A stretch of 64,000 nucleotides of DNA from the human T2T-CHM13v2.0 reference genome, Homo sapiens (GCF_009914755.1 NC_060933.1); one strand, 5' to 3'. Positions 28,780-44,689 are shown, counted from the first letter of the stretch. Made by a program: numbers and translations. Notes: a model not told the origin generated them from the letters alone.

Positions 28780-31230
28780 AAGTAGTTCAAGATAGGAAGT
28801 CCCTCTGGTTCCCAGCAGACACAAAGGCAAAACCACAGAATAATGTCAACCAAGCACATATAAACTCACAACCAAAGGTCATCCACCAAAATAGGCCCCC
28901 AAGGGTAAAAATTTGGAGAAAAAGCAGATTCTTCTGATATTAAATATTTCAGTGTGGAGTATTAAAATGACTCTTATTAGATGTTAATAAATAAAAGAAG
29001 TAATCACAAATTTAAACAAGCAATAAGAACACAGTGCAGATATTAAAAGGAACTATGTACTAGGTTTTGAAACAAAAATGTATTGTCAAAGTAAAAAGAA
29101 ATCCTCAAGGACTTATGTAAACAACAGATTAGCACACTGAAAAAAAAATTAGTGAACTGGAAGCTAGATCAGAAGAAATCAGACAATACAAAGGGACAAG
29201 AAAATGTATAACATGAAAAGAGGCCAATGGGTATAGAGGACGGAACTGTAAGTTTCACCATACATCTAATCAGAATTATATAAGGAGAGAAAGGAGGAGA
29301 GGCAATATTTGAGGAGCATTTTTTCCAGAAATGATTAAAGACATGAACTCACAGATATAAGTGAAAAGAAATCTAGACCCAGATTCATTGTAGAGAAACT
29401 GTAAAATATCAAAGACAAAGAGGTTAAAAGCAGCCAGTGAGAAAATATAGATAATCCAGCAAATTACAAAAGCTACATGACAATTAACATCTCAATAGCA
29501 ACAATGGAGATTAGAAGACAAAACCTAACTGTCAGCAACAAACTGGGCACTCAGGAAAAATACATTTTAGAATAAATGTAAAGTTAAGATTTCATTTTAG
29601 GCGCTCAAAAACTAGAAGTTTTTATGTAAAGCAACTTCTAAAAGTTATACTTAAGAAAGAAGAAAAAAATAACATCAGAAGGAAATTCTCACATGTAGGA
29701 TCAAGAAGGCATAGAAACAGATAAACATGTAGCTAAATAAAATTAAGCCATGTCATATGGAGTAATCATAGTGTTGTCTAATTAGCAGGGTTGAAAATGA
29801 CGAAAATGATACAAATAATGATATGCACACCAGGAGGGAAGAGTTGAAGGCATTACATTTCTCATACTGTTTTTGAGGGAAGGTTAAGATACTAACTTTT
29901 TAAAAGCATACATGGTAACAAGTTAAGATCAGTAACTAAAATTAAAATAGCATATATAACTTTTCAGACTCTGGGTATGTAGAAATGAAATAACGAACAA
30001 AACAACAGTTAAATTAAAAAGAGAGGCAAGACCTAGTGTCTGATAGATCAGTAGGGTGACCATGATTTATAATAATCTATTACAAATTTCAAAATAGCTG
30101 GAAAAGAATAATTCTAATGTTTCTAGCCATAAAGACAAGAGAAATATTTAAGGTGATGAATATCTCAAGTACACTAATTTTATCTTCACAAATTATATGA
30201 ATGTATTAAATTATCACATGTAATCTCAAATTGCATCTATTATGAATCAATAAAATAAGAAAGTTTTTTTAAAGTTAAAAAAGAAAGGCAAGAAAGCAAG
30301 AAAAAAGAAATTTCTTGAAGCAAAGGGACACATAGCAAGGATAAAAGAGTAGGCAAGTCTAAATATATTATTAACCACAATTAATTTAGATATACTAAAC
30401 TAGCTGGTTAGAAAACAAATTGTCAGATTAAAAAAAAGAAAATCTTGACACATGCTATTTGTATTAGACAAGCATAACACTTAAGGGCACAGAAAGTTTT
30501 ATATAAAAGGATGGACAAATTATTCTAAGCCAATTAACCAAAAGAAATAAGCAATACTGATTTTTCTTAAAAAGGGTACATTGGAATCAAAGTTACATAA
30601 CCTCTACAGAAAAAATTAAAAATATGTCTTGAAAGATATTATAGAAGATCTAAATAAATTGTGAGACATTTCGTATTCATTAGACTCAGACTGTTAAAGA
30701 TGATAATTTGCTCTAAGCAATCCACAGGACATTCAAGAACTTCCACTCAAAATCTTGATAGAATATTTTTGAGGAACTTGACGAGATGATTCTAAAATTT
30801 ACATAGCAGAAATAAATGCCAAGAACGGTCAAAATTTTCCTTAAACAAAAATAAAATGGGAGAGGGATTGCCTTACTAGATAATAAGAGTTGTTATAAAG
30901 CTATAATACTCAATATTTTGTTGTACTGTGAGAGATGGAGACATTGACCAATGGAGCAGAATACATCGCTAATAGGAACAGACCAATGTAACCTGGACAT
31001 CTGAGAAATGAGAGTGTTGGATTTGTAGGGATAATTATAGACTATTATAAGTGCAAAGCTGGGCTTTCTTAAACAAATGTAAAACATGCAAACAGTAATT
31101 GGTAAGTTCTAATTTATAGAAGTTAAGAATTTCTCTTCATGTAAATACACCAAAGAGAAAATGAAAGCAAGTCATAACTGAAGTAGATATTTCCAGTATG
31201 TCCAGCTTGCATGAAGAGCTACAAATCAGC
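28780..31230 (+). mobile_element. Degenerate L1M ORF1/ORF2 fragments
   Basis: attagtgaactggaagctagatcagaagaaat, ttttccagaaatgattaaagacatgaa (ORF1-like); gatgattctaaaatttacatag (ORF2-like). Confidence 0.7.
30032..30277 (+). mobile_element. L1MA (L1MA5-like) 3' end nested in older L1
   Basis: cctagtgtctgatagatcagtagggtgac...tcaataaaa; TSD aaaaagagaggcaaga / aaaaagaaaggcaaga. Confidence 0.8.
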
Positions 31231-31825
31231 AAGTTAAAGACACCTGCAGAAATTCTGGTTATGTGTGTGACACTCCCTGATCCTCAAGATCCCAAATTCA
31301 GGGACTATTTAAGAGACACAGAAGTAGTGGCTGAATTCTTTGAGACTGAGTAATTTCCTAGACTTTGGGGATTGCCATTGAAATGACTTTTTGGGAAAAC
31401 AAGCAGGTGATCTTAGGGAATTTCAATTTACATATAGTCTATGAAATATGTCAATTTGCAGTACTTCTTAATGCTTGATTCTGATTGTGTATTCTTTTCA
31501 AGTAGTACAGTCAGATGAATACAGAATAATGTTAAGATGGTAGGGCAATTGCACTAGAGCAAGTTATTAAGAAAACAACATATTCTTCACTAGTGTTGAG
31601 GGTAAATATATATACGGTTTTTACCAACTGAAATGTAAGCAAGGCATGAAATATTGCATCAAAGACTAGTTGTCTGAAAATATGGAAGAGTATTCTTTAT
31701 ATCTTTGTCTGCTTTTCTGCCTTGAAAGCTTTGGTTTCCCTCATCTCTCTTTCCACAAGCCTCAAAGTCTAGAATGTCTTCTCAATCCTTTTGTTTCCCA
31801 TACAAACTATAGCTACCTGTCTAGC

Positions 31826-32060
31826 CACTCCTCTCCTCTCTGCTCCTCTCCTCTCCTCTCTTCTCCTCTTTCCTCCCAATCCCTCCCCTCCCCATCCTTT
31901 CCCTCCCTTCTCCCCTCTTCCCTCCCCTCTCCTTCTTCCCCCCTACCTCTCCCCTCTGTCCCCTTTTCACTTCCTCTTCCCTCCCTCTCCTCCCTTTCCC
32001 CTCCTCTCCCTGTCTTCTTTTCTTCTTTTCTGTCTTCTCATCTTCTGTCCTCTCTTTTTA
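31826..32060. repeat. Polypyrimidine (CT-rich) low-complexity tract
   Basis: ~230 bp almost exclusively C/T. Confidence 0.92.
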
Positions 32061-32859
32061 AATGTTGACCCTGACTTTTCTTATCATCTTAAAGAGAATA
32101 ACACTGTTTCCTATCAATAACACTGTGTCCTATTAAGGACAATGCAGGAATAAATAGCCACAAATTCCTTTGATTGGAATTTATGTTTCAGATAAGAAAG
32201 CCTATTTAACAAAATCTCAATGGTCTTTTGCCATAATAATAGGTTAATAAGTTAATTAGCCAACCAAACATTCATATATGCTATACTATTTTTCTTCACT
32301 TAAATCTTTATTTGTTAAGCACTTTCCTTGAAGTCTTACATTCTTCTAAGTTGTCTTTTCTCAAACTGGGTTCTATAGATTCTTGGGGGATTCAACCACA
32401 AACATCTTCTCAAAGAACCAAGAGTTCTCTATGAGAAATCTAAAATACTATATTTTTATTTAAATGAGGATTTACAAATTTAATATATTTATCTTTTAAT
32501 TCTCTGAATAATCCCCTTATAACAGGATACTCTCCTCTCAACCTCAGGGATCTAATTTGTGCTTGTATTTATGACTATGCTGTTGCTCAGTAAGCTCTCA
32601 AAGTGAACACATTTAACTCTTAAAGTGTCGTTAAATATGTCTGGTAGCCATTAGGTGAATAACAATCATAATATCAGAAGGACAATAATTGCCTGATTTC
32701 TGCCTCATACCTATTTTGAGTACTTTTACTGTCAATAAATACAAAATTTCTCTTTTACAATGATAATTCTCAATTGAAGACACTTTTCATAGAATAAGAA
32801 TTTAATGTCTTATTGGAATTAAAGAACAATCTTTAACATAATATTACATAAAATTAGCA

Positions 32860-33512
32860 AAGCAAATCTTACAATAGTATAATAAAAGTACAATACTTTA
32901 TGAACGAATTGGTTTTAGTCCAAGAATGCAAGGTTGATTTAACGTATGAAAATCAATTAATGTAATCCACCACACTAACAGGTTAAAAGAAGAGAATTAT
33001 ATAATCACTATATGTAGAAAAAGCATTTGACGAAACACACAACTCATTTCTCATAAAAATTGTCAGCAAACTAGGAATAGAAGGAAACTTAATCAACCTG
33101 TTAAACGGCACCCATGGAAGTCCTATGGTAAGTATCATAACGATGAAAGATTGAATGCTTTCTTCTAAGATTGAAGAAAAGGATGTTTTTTTCTCACCAT
33201 TTCTATTCAACATTGTATTAGAAGGCCTACCAAGTGCAAAAACTAAAATGAAAAGGATGAAGATTTGAAAGGAAAGGAAAACTATCTGCAGATGACATAA
33301 TTTTGTAGCTAGAAACTCTTGTGGAATCTAAAATTATTAGAACTAATACTGGATGTAGCAATATTATAGAACACACATTGAATGAATAAAACTGTTTTAT
33401 TTCTACATATTAGCAATAAATAAGTAGAAAATAAAATTTAAAAACATTATCAAAAACATTGAATACCTAGTAATAAACATAAAATATGTGTAGGACCTCT
33501 GCATTGAAAACT
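32860..33512 (+). mobile_element. L1M ORF2 (RT region) fragment
   Basis: aagaatgcaaggttgatttaac, gaaaaagcatttgac, ctgcagatgacataatt (ADD motif). Confidence 0.85.
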
Positions 33513-34160
33513 AGTGCAGGCTCTAATCTGCAATGCACAAGGCAGGATTGGGGTGGAAGTGGGGCCTGAGGTTGTACCAGGGCCGGATGTGGGGTGGTAA
33601 CTGGCAGGGCTTCAGCCCAGAGCTGTGGCACAGCTGTGGGGTGGGGAAGGCTCTGGGGAGAGGAAGGAGTGGGTGGGGACCACTTAGCCTGCTTTAGGAC
33701 TGAGGGTACATGAGCTGTCCCACCTAAGACAGAGGGGACCCTAGTGGGGAAGAGCTACCAGAGATGGGGAGAATCAGCCCTGAGTCTCACTGTGCAGGCA
33801 GAGGACACCCTGAACAGCTGGCCCCACACCTGCCGCTCAGGGTGCCCCATGGTTGTGGGATGCAGAGGCCACTATGGCCTGCGCTGCTGCTTTCATTGTC
33901 TTCTTTGCTCCTGAAAGTTTGGACACCTGTGGTGTCCTGCTTGCCAACAACTGAATCTCAGGTGTTTCCAGTCTTCATTTGGTAGCCTGACCTCAGGAGT
34001 TTTGGAAATGATCCCCACTTTATGTGTCCTCCCAAATCCAGACATCCCCTTTCTGGATAACGTCTCCCCAGGTGCTCCTGGGCATCACAGAGGGGGAGTC
34101 TAGCAGCTTCCACATGCCTGCTTGCAGGACCTCCCAGAGAAGGCTTCTGGCAGGTGGCTA

Positions 34161-34595
<435 letters not shown>

Positions 34596-36074
34596 TCAGA
34601 GTTAAAGCAGAGTTTGCCCAAGGAGGAGCAGAGAGGGTGGTAGGTGCAAATCTCAGTCCAGTGGATCAGTGTGATTCCTGGGATGAGTTAAATTAGGTGA
34701 AAGATTGAAATTCTGACAGAGAGTGGGTCACATGGGGAGCTTGGGTCAGAGACCAAAAGAGGTTTGGATGGGTAATAGAATACAGTGTCTGAGTGTGCCT
34801 TGGAGTTAAAAAGAAAACATCACTACCTTGATGTGAGAACCAGACCATTAAGAGATTGAGGGCCAGTGGCACAAAGACACCCTGTGGTGAAGGGAAAGAA
34901 AGGACAGTGATGAGGTGGCTGGGTCATGTGGGCAGGTGGACACCAAGAGATGAAAAGGCCAAGGTTAGCAAGGACTCTAGCAGGGAAGCTGCGGCATCCC
35001 AGGGGGACACAGAGGGAGTAGCTTCCTCCACCAGCTCTCATGACAGGATGTCCTGCTCCCCCAGCTGTTCTGTGGCACCCCTGTCTGCAGAGATCTTGAT
35101 GGAGTTTGCACAAGGCTACTTTCAATGGGAACTTCCCCAGATGGCTGCAGGAGACAGGCGGTACTGACTACAGCCAGGAGCACTCCCAGGACAGGACGCT
35201 GGCAAAGTTTGCATCCTCCCACATCTTGACTACACCATTGCTGCAGCTTTTCTGCCCCGAATGAGTTCTGAGTTAGGTAAAACAAAGGCAATGGCCTTGT
35301 GTCAGTCCTTCAGGTAACCCCCAGACAGGTTAGAACAAACATACACAATTCTTTGAGAATTCTTCTCTGCTCCCTTGGGAACCAAGGACCAGGTTCCCAT
35401 CCTGGGAACCTGGCCACCTTCTTCAAGACCATCACCAAGCAGGGAGAGAGTGGGGCGAGGGCAAGGAAACACACAGCAAAGCTGCCTTGTTGTTTTTAAG
35501 CTGCTTTTGTGCTGCTTCAGCTTTCACTCTGTTGAAGCTCCTTGGGCTATTTCTGAGTTCTGACAAAGCTGAACCCAGCCACCCAGTTTACTTCCACAAT
35601 TTCCCCCCAAATCTGCATCTACAGAGAAGCATCAGTGAGCAAAGTGGCCTTTATTAGAGCGACTGAGGAGGAGGGAGCGGTGAGCACACCCCGTGTCCCC
35701 AAATTTAAAACTGTCTCTTAGTGATAATTTCCTTTGAAAGTCCCTTTTGCACTGCTTGGCCCTTGAGGGCTGTCAGCCTCTCACTTGTACCCATGTAGTC
35801 CCAACCTGCCAGCATCCTCCTCCCCTTGCCCAGGGTCCCTCCCTCTCTCCCAACAATCTAAAATATTTTCCCATTTTTATACAGAGCAAGCCAGCTCCCA
35901 GGAGTCCCTGCTGTTCCTACCTGCACATTCTAAAGCCATCTAGATGTGAAGTACAGATAGGAGGCCTTCTATTTGGTATAACTTAAGAGAGAAATTGCAG
36001 TGATGTAAAGCACTCTCTTTTTGTTTTGTTTTGAATCACACCAGTGGTTGTTTCCCCATGAAGGGTTGTTTTAT

Positions 36075-36520
<446 letters not shown>

Positions 36521-37169
36521 TAAAAAGCATTGCCATTCATTGGTATGCCGGCTCCTGAAAGCCACTGTGCAGATCTTCTCAGTGCTCTGTAGCAGTGCTG
36601 TCATGTTGGTATATTGAAATGATAGAGTGGTGGAGTATTTACACCATGGAATACCAGCAATGGTACTTTTAAAAAGAGTGAGCATCCCACTGTTTCACAG
36701 AGTTGTGATGCTCACTACTACATTATTAAGATCCCACCCTGGTGGAAGCAAGCATCGTATCATTTCCTCATTAATCTCCTCAAGTCTCATGATAATTCTA
36801 ATAAATCAACCACAGCCAAAACTTTTTCCTCCCATATGATGAAACCTCACAAGAGTTGTAACCTCCCTTTTTGTTTGTTTTCTCTGGCAAGACAGCTTGT
36901 TCATAATCCGTCCCCATCAAAGGACTTACACTTCAAAATCCCCTCTTCTGCTCTCCTTTCACTGCCAGATGATGCTCTGTTTGGCAAAGACCTGCAACTC
37001 ATTGCTGACATCTCTTGCTTTGGCATTTGCAGCCTGATTCTGGCCAAGACTGACTTTAAAGACCCAGATCTCTTAGATCTAAAAATACCCTTCAAAGTTT
37101 GAACATAGGTAAGATCTAGAGAGAGAAGTTTCAGGTGAGAAAATAGGGTTTACAAATGGCCTGAAGTAT

Positions 37170-37950
<781 letters not shown>

Positions 37951-38009
37951 TTTTTCTACATAACCCCAGTAGACTCAGGACTTGGAGACACACAATAAGA
38001 AAGAAAGAA

Positions 38010-39430
38010 GAAAAGTAAAAGAAATTCAAGCCTGAAAATTGGTTTCAGGGCTGCAGATATCTATTGTGGTGATTGTTGTTAGACTTCCAGTCACCACACC
38101 AACAGCTTTTTTTCTTAATCAAACCAGTTCTAAGAATATGTAGCAAATTAGCCAGCAACAAAAATCTCCATGGGTAAAGCCATCTGATTCCTGCCTCAGC
38201 TCACTGCCTATAGCTCTAACCACCCTGCAACCCAGCATCCAATTGGATTCTGGGAGCTTTAGTTCTGTTGCAACTGTTCTAACTGTCATTACTGGTGTAC
38301 AGAGAAGAGCTTCACTGAGGATCCCTTTCAGGATGCTGTGACTCCCTTTACAATTATATTTCTCACTGCCTTGGTAAAGGGTCTTTTGGACTCTTCTTGG
38401 ATGTAGTTTAGCGGGTAGGTGAGTGGTTCTTCGATGAGAAATCTACTCTAGCATTTCAATTTCCCTGGGCCCTGTAGACCTTCTGCAACATACCAGTGGA
38501 GTTCTGGCATTTCACCTGGATTTAGTCTAGGCCACCACATTTTAGTCAATTAACCAAGCAAACTCTTAGAGCCACTCAAACGGACACATTGAGTCCAGAA
38601 TCTTGGCTTAACGTTTCTATATCAAGATTTCATCCTTGTCCAATATTATATTCCTTTCCTCCTGATCAGACCCTTAGGATCCATTTCCATGCATGTTCCT
38701 CGGGTTTCTGTCTATATAAATTGATAAACTCTTGCAATATTTAGATGTAACTTGCATCCTCTCATGGTTCACACTTTGTAACTCACACTCTGGGGCCTGG
38801 TGAGACTTGAATCTGGTTACAAATGTAGAAACAAGAGGCACTGAAGGTTTTCAGGAAGGTTGGCAATCCTTTGCAAGACAATTACCTTGAAAGAAGTTAT
38901 CACAATCTTTAAGGCAAAGGAATACTAACTTTAATCTTGGAGAAAGGGTTTCCATCTGCAAAAGGGGCTCTGAAGAATTTAGAGATTCATGGTCTCCAGC
39001 TTCACTGGAATTTGTCCATATGTCCCCTTTTAATTGTTAGAGAGAGTCTCACTCTTAGTCAGTGTACCAAGTTCAACATGAATTCAATTTGCCTTGTAAT
39101 CTAGCCACCAGAAAGATCAGACTTTGAATTTGTTTTTCAGAAATCTTGGCCCTATGTCTACAGGAGAAAAAAAGGTACTCATTGAAGCATTCTGCTCCCT
39201 TATGCAGACCTTGAGCTGGGAATTCAAAGCCCCGACTTCACTGTTTTCTTTCCCTAAGTTCTCTATTTTACTTGGAAGCAACTAACCAATCCCATTATGT
39301 TCCTTATTTCTACCAAAATATTCTAAGGTACCACTACTTGATCCCCCAAACCTCTGCCTTCTATAGGCTGGTGATTCCAGATGCCTGCAGGTGATCAGAT
39401 ATCTAAGTAACCCTCTTGCCACCAAATACC
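38010..39430 (-). mobile_element. ERVL internal (gag) remnant
   Basis: Minus strand near 38740-38620 reads LQEFINLYRQKPEEHAWKWILRV..RNIILDK, matching the ERVL Gag motif (NLYKQKSGE.AWEWILRVWD.GGRNI) as recalled. Confidence 0.82.
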
Positions 39431-39454
39431 ACACACACTTCAGTTACTCTTTCA

Positions 39455-39650
39455 AAAAAAATTATCAAGCAACTGCTCTGTGCCAGAGACTCTTCTAGTC
39501 CTGAAGATACAGTGATAAATAAGATAGAGACAGTTCCTGCTGCCATTCAGCTTGGTTCTAGTGAGAAAGACAGATATATTAAAAAATAACTTGACATTAC
39601 ATTTTCAAGAATTTAAGTACTTTATTGGAAAATATAACTGTGTAAGAAGA
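39455..39650 (-). mobile_element. L2 3' fragment
   Basis: ttatcaagcaactgctctgtgccagagactcttctagtcctgaagatacagtgataaataag. Confidence 0.7.
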
Positions 39651-42043
39651 CAGATATTGACAAGGACACTTAGTTCTTGTAGCGAGGAAGTATAGACTTA
39701 ACTCTTATTAGTAAAAGAGTGTTTAAGAATAAAAATATATCAATACCCCTAACTTTGGAGACAAACTGAAGTACTGAATGTACTTCTATTTTTGATTTTT
39801 CCCTTAGCATGGTGAGTTGTTTGGGAAATGATTCAATAGTTATTTGTAGTTTCTAAATTCTCAGCAGCAGTTGCCTCCTGATATGTGTCACTATATATTC
39901 TGAGTTGACATCTGTTATCTGAATCACCAAAATAGTGCCTTGTTTTAAAATTTATCCACTATTGGCTTATGTTTTATCTTACTCTAGGCCATGTTATCAC
40001 TACATGTGACATCTCTGTATATGTGTTTGTGAAACTGGGATAAAGTTGGCAAAACTTGAGATAGAGGAAACTATCTATGAAACATGTTTTGCATTAGTAG
40101 AACAGGAGGCATAAGCACATTTGGAATAGAAAGAACAGAGAAGGCGATACTGGAGAAATAGGATCTCACAAAGGAAAGTAGAATGCACGTAGAGAACTTA
40201 AATGCAATTTAGGCAATAACCTATGCAATTTGGACAACTATAGACCTACTATGGCTTATGGTTTCTACCAACTAGACTTAAGCTTCTTTTGGAATAAAGC
40301 CTTTGCCTCATGGAGGAAGTCAGTTAATGTTTGTTGATTGTGATTTTGATGATGACATTCATGATGATATTCTATTTGGGGAATGTTTTTCAAAGTGGGG
40401 CTTTGACCTGACAAACTGTTATACCGATAGAAAAATCAACATTCTCTCACTGACACCTTAGGTATTTGACAGATATCTGAAAGAAAAATAATTTGATATG
40501 ACCAAGCAATAGTGAAGTGTAGGATATTGATCTCCAGAGATTTGTGAGACTAAAAATTGTGCAAACGAATAAAAAAAAATCATAGTCTAGATTATCCCAA
40601 TGTTGAACAATATACTTATGTTTACACATAATGTTGGAAAAGTCATCAGTGCAATTTCTACAATGCACTGATGATAATGATAATGAAATTTTAGTGACAA
40701 TGTGATAATGAAATTTTAGAAGAAATTATAATTAGTTTTTCATCTCTCTTAAATGGATGTGTTGTTTTTTCTGTCCTCTTCCTTCTCCATTTATGCCTGT
40801 TCTGGTTCCTTGTTGACTTGGGGAAATATACATGTGGGTAATAAGGGTGAACATTTCCGCAGAAACAAAGCAGGTCTACTATGCTTCAGCAGGCTTAACT
40901 CTCATTTGTTTAATGAGGGTTTGGAAAGATGGGGGGGTTTCCTACATATAGTCAATGCATACTTAAGAACACCTACTATGTGCTGGCTTCATTTTAGTCT
41001 CTAGGAACTGGGAGACATATTGAGCCATCTGTATCTACATATATTAAAATTGTTGTACCGAAGAGTATTTCAAGGTCTTCTATCTGTTTTCTTTTGGATA
41101 GAAGCAGTCAGTGCAAACCAGCATGGTGAATGAGCTTGATTGTATTTAAGAGAAAAAATTCTCACTTTTGGGGTTTTTGCTACCAATTTTAAGAATGGGG
41201 AGCTGTTTTCAGAACTAAAAGTTTGCCAGCGCACTAATAAGATGTAAAATGAAGAAAAATTAAAAAATAGCTCTATGGTTTCAAAGAATGTGGAGCTACT
41301 TTGGCTTCATCGGCAGAGTAAGTCTGTTAATAACCCCGAAGCTCTCCCCTTGTTGAAATAACACAAATTAGCGTTTAACCTGGGAGGAAGACACGTGAAG
41401 TTATTTAACATTTACATAAAATTATGGAGTAAACTCCAAACAGGTCGCCTCCAAAATGTATAATTACACTCAGCAGTCCTGTCAGCATACATAGAAACAA
41501 TTTTATTTCCAATCATCTTCTGCTTTTATTCACTCAGGAATGTATCATTAAAATTTCCACAGAACAGTGAACCTTAATAGGCGCTAATGCAATTGTGAAT
41601 TATGGTAATTGTTACCTAAATTAATCTCTGTACTTTCCATTCCTTATTGCCCTGTGCATAAGGAGTGTGAAAAAGATAATGTTGAAACTGACATTTGTAT
41701 AAATGGTATAAAAATTTATCTTATTTAATAAAAATTTAATATAAGAACTTGCTACTTTGTAAAGTAGTTTACTCAGAAAAAAATGTTAGATTTGTTGCAA
41801 GTTGGGTTTATAAAATCTTTAATTTGTGAAATTTGGGAGGGAAACTGGCAGTTGACTCATTATGGTTATCTTTGGGGTATGTGTATGCACCGAGGTATCG
41901 GGATGGTACATGTATGTTCCTCCGTGCACATATTGCCAGGGCAGTGTATGCATTCGTACCCTTATCTGTGTGCCTGGCCTCTTTCTGTGTGTTTATGTTT
42001 ACTCATTTACGTAAACTACCCTCTTGGTGTAATAAAATCCACC

Positions 42044-42420
42044 ATTATGTGTTGAATTGTGTTCCTCTCAAATTCATATGCTGAAGTCTCCTAGTTCTTC
42101 AGAATGTGACCATATTTGAAGATAGGACCTTTAAAGAGGTGATTAAGTTAAAATTAGGCCGTATGTTTGGGCTCTAATCCAGTGTGACTGGTGTCCATCT
42201 AAGAAGAAATTAGGACAGAGACATAGAGGGAAGACCATTGGAAGACACAGGGATAAGATGGCTGTCTACAAGCCAAGGAGAGAGGCTCCTGAAGAAACCG
42301 GCCCTGCCAATACCATCTTGTCAGATATATGGCCTCCAGAACTGTGGGAAAATAAATTTCTGTTGTTTAAGCCACACAGCCTGTAGTACTTTGTTATGGC
42401 AGTTCTAACAAACTCATATA
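42044..42420 (+). mobile_element. MLT1B/C MaLR solo LTR
   Basis: gttgaattgtgttcctctcaaattcatatgctgaag...cagaactgtgggaaaataaatttctgttgtttaagccac. Confidence 0.87.
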
Positions 42421-42599
42421 CTCACCTGGATTGGAAATAAAGAAATACAGGGTTTTGTCTTGTTTCTGTCACTCCTGAATTATATTTGACTTTGGGCATA
42501 TCACTCAGCCTTCCCATTTGCCGTGTGGTCCAGTTCTTGTATACTTGTTTATTCAAACCACTCAGTTTCATAGTCTTTGCTAACCGCGCCCTGACTTTA

Positions 42600-43110
42600 C
42601 TCTGAGAAAACACTCACCCTTCACATTTATTTCTCACAGTTCAGATGGAGCTGATCTTCTGCTCCAGCTCCAGTGGGCATGTTACTCAGGTCTGGCCAAT
42701 CAATATGTTCCATGCCCACAATGACTGGTTCAAGAATGCACATATGACAGAGCCCTGGACAATGAGATTCCATTTCAGGACTTAATCTGGAACTATTGTG
42801 CAGGTAGGATCTCTGTTTGCTGAAGCTGCTAAGGTGAGAGGATGAATGTCTGGGGCTTGCTTCAGCTGTCTTGGAACCACAGAGAAGGGTCAGACCAAGA
42901 ATGAAGCCAATGCAGAGAAAAGTGAACCACAAGATGGAGAGAGATCAGTACTAAGAACGCTTTGTGAGTCCCCGATCCAGCCTTGCCTGAAGCCAGTGAT
43001 TCTTGGGGGCCCTGTAGTTTTCATTAATAAGCTAGTGAATCCCTCCACTTTTTCCCCTCAAGGCAGTTTGACTTGCATTCCTCTCATTGCTACCAAAAGA
43101 GTCCTGAGTT
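42600..43110 (+). mobile_element. Old MLT1 (J/K-type) LTR
   Basis: ggtctggccaatcaatatgttccat; gatccagccttgcctgaagcca; ttgctaccaaaagagtcctga. Confidence 0.68.
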
Positions 43111-44689
43111 GTAGAATGGCTGAATGCTGCCTCTTCCTCTGCAAAATGAGTGTATCCTTTATAATTGAAACTATTTTTTTCCCAATTAAATATTACATAG
43201 AACACAAATACTGCTGTGTATGTGAGAGGAGGCAGGAGTGAGGGTGGGAAATAAAACCTGACCCCTTTGACATTCCTCTAATCCCCTGGTTCTGTGTGGA
43301 AACCTCTGGGTTAGATGATTCAAAGTTTCCTGCCAATCCTTAGAATTATTAAGTTTTCTGTACTTATGAACATTTGTAGCACTCGGTGGGTAGGAATTTC
43401 AGGGGCAAAGGGGATAGCAGAGTGAGGAGGAGAAAGCACTAACAGGTAAAGAAAACACAGTCAGAGGCCACACACAGGCATTTTCTCCCCCTAATGCTGG
43501 TGAAGTTGCCGAATGACCAGAGGTGAGGGCTGCTTGTAAAGTGCTCTAATATTGGGATACTCTATGTGATTTTTCTATCTGTCTCGGGCAGAGCTCCAGG
43601 CTGTCAAGCACATGCTGAATAATTGACTTGAGAACACTTATGGAGAGAGGTGTTCTTGGTCCTCATGGTAGTAACAGAACTTAAAGAGCAGTATCACTGG
43701 AGCCCCTAAAAACTTCCACAGATGGGTGAAAAGCCCACCAGGTTCACCTTGAATGTACCATAATTAGTAGTACTTTTATAGAAAAAGTTTTACTGAGCCC
43801 CATCTGGGATGAGTTTTGCCATTTATAATAATCTTTAGCACAGTGATTTTTCACCAAATCTGAAGAAAACTTTGAAACATACATGAGCCTTCAATCCCTT
43901 GTCTGCTCTCAAATGTGTACATACAGTTTGCAATCAATTTCAAGGATTCTGTCCTTTCAAAGCCATTTTTGTACTGGACCTCAGGCAAAGCGCTCCTGCT
44001 CTAGACACATGTGTCACACATGCATTTGCTGATTTGTTTTTTAAGCCACTGGGATCTTTCTAAATCTAAATTCTTTAAATCATAGTTTAAGCAACTCTGC
44101 TAATTCATTTTGTCAACTGCCATTACCTTTTTCTTTTATTTTGTGAGTGCTTTGTCTCTGATTTGGTTCACCTCTGAGTATGATCTAAGGAAGAGTTCCT
44201 CATTTACTTAACAAATATTTATTGGGAACATGTATGTGCGATATCATGAAAGTGAAGATAGAGGGTCTCAGTTGCCTTGGAACTTCTGGTCCTGTGGGAA
44301 AACACAGGACTTAGGTAACGTGAAGTCAGCAGACTCTTATAATGTCAGCTCTATCTCTAGAACAAGGGCATTAGATCGGTGGGACTCAGAGCAGCAGAGG
44401 ACTGGAGTTTGGAGGGGACTCTCGCACCTAAGACCTACAACTGTTGCAGCTTTGCAGAAATGCTGGAGGCTTCACAGAAAGAGAGACTAAGAAAGACTGA
44501 GGACTGTTAAGCATGCCCTATCCTATTATCAAACACTTCACTCCAGGGTAAGTTCAGTGAGGCACTTGACTCTTGAGTGAAAAATTTATGGAGACTCTAA
44601 AATCTTTTTGAAAAATAGATATCAAAATGTTGATATTTTGCCCATCATGGAAAAATTAATTTTAATCTTTTAAAAATATTTCATGAAAA

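Noticed and set aside
31670-32120. Ser/Pro/Leu-rich ORFs
   Set aside because: Translation of the CT-rich tract.
35090-35280. Ankyrin-like peptide SLHKATFNGNFPRWLQ after an acceptor-like site
   Set aside because: Preceded by a stop, too short, and no neighbouring exons recognised.
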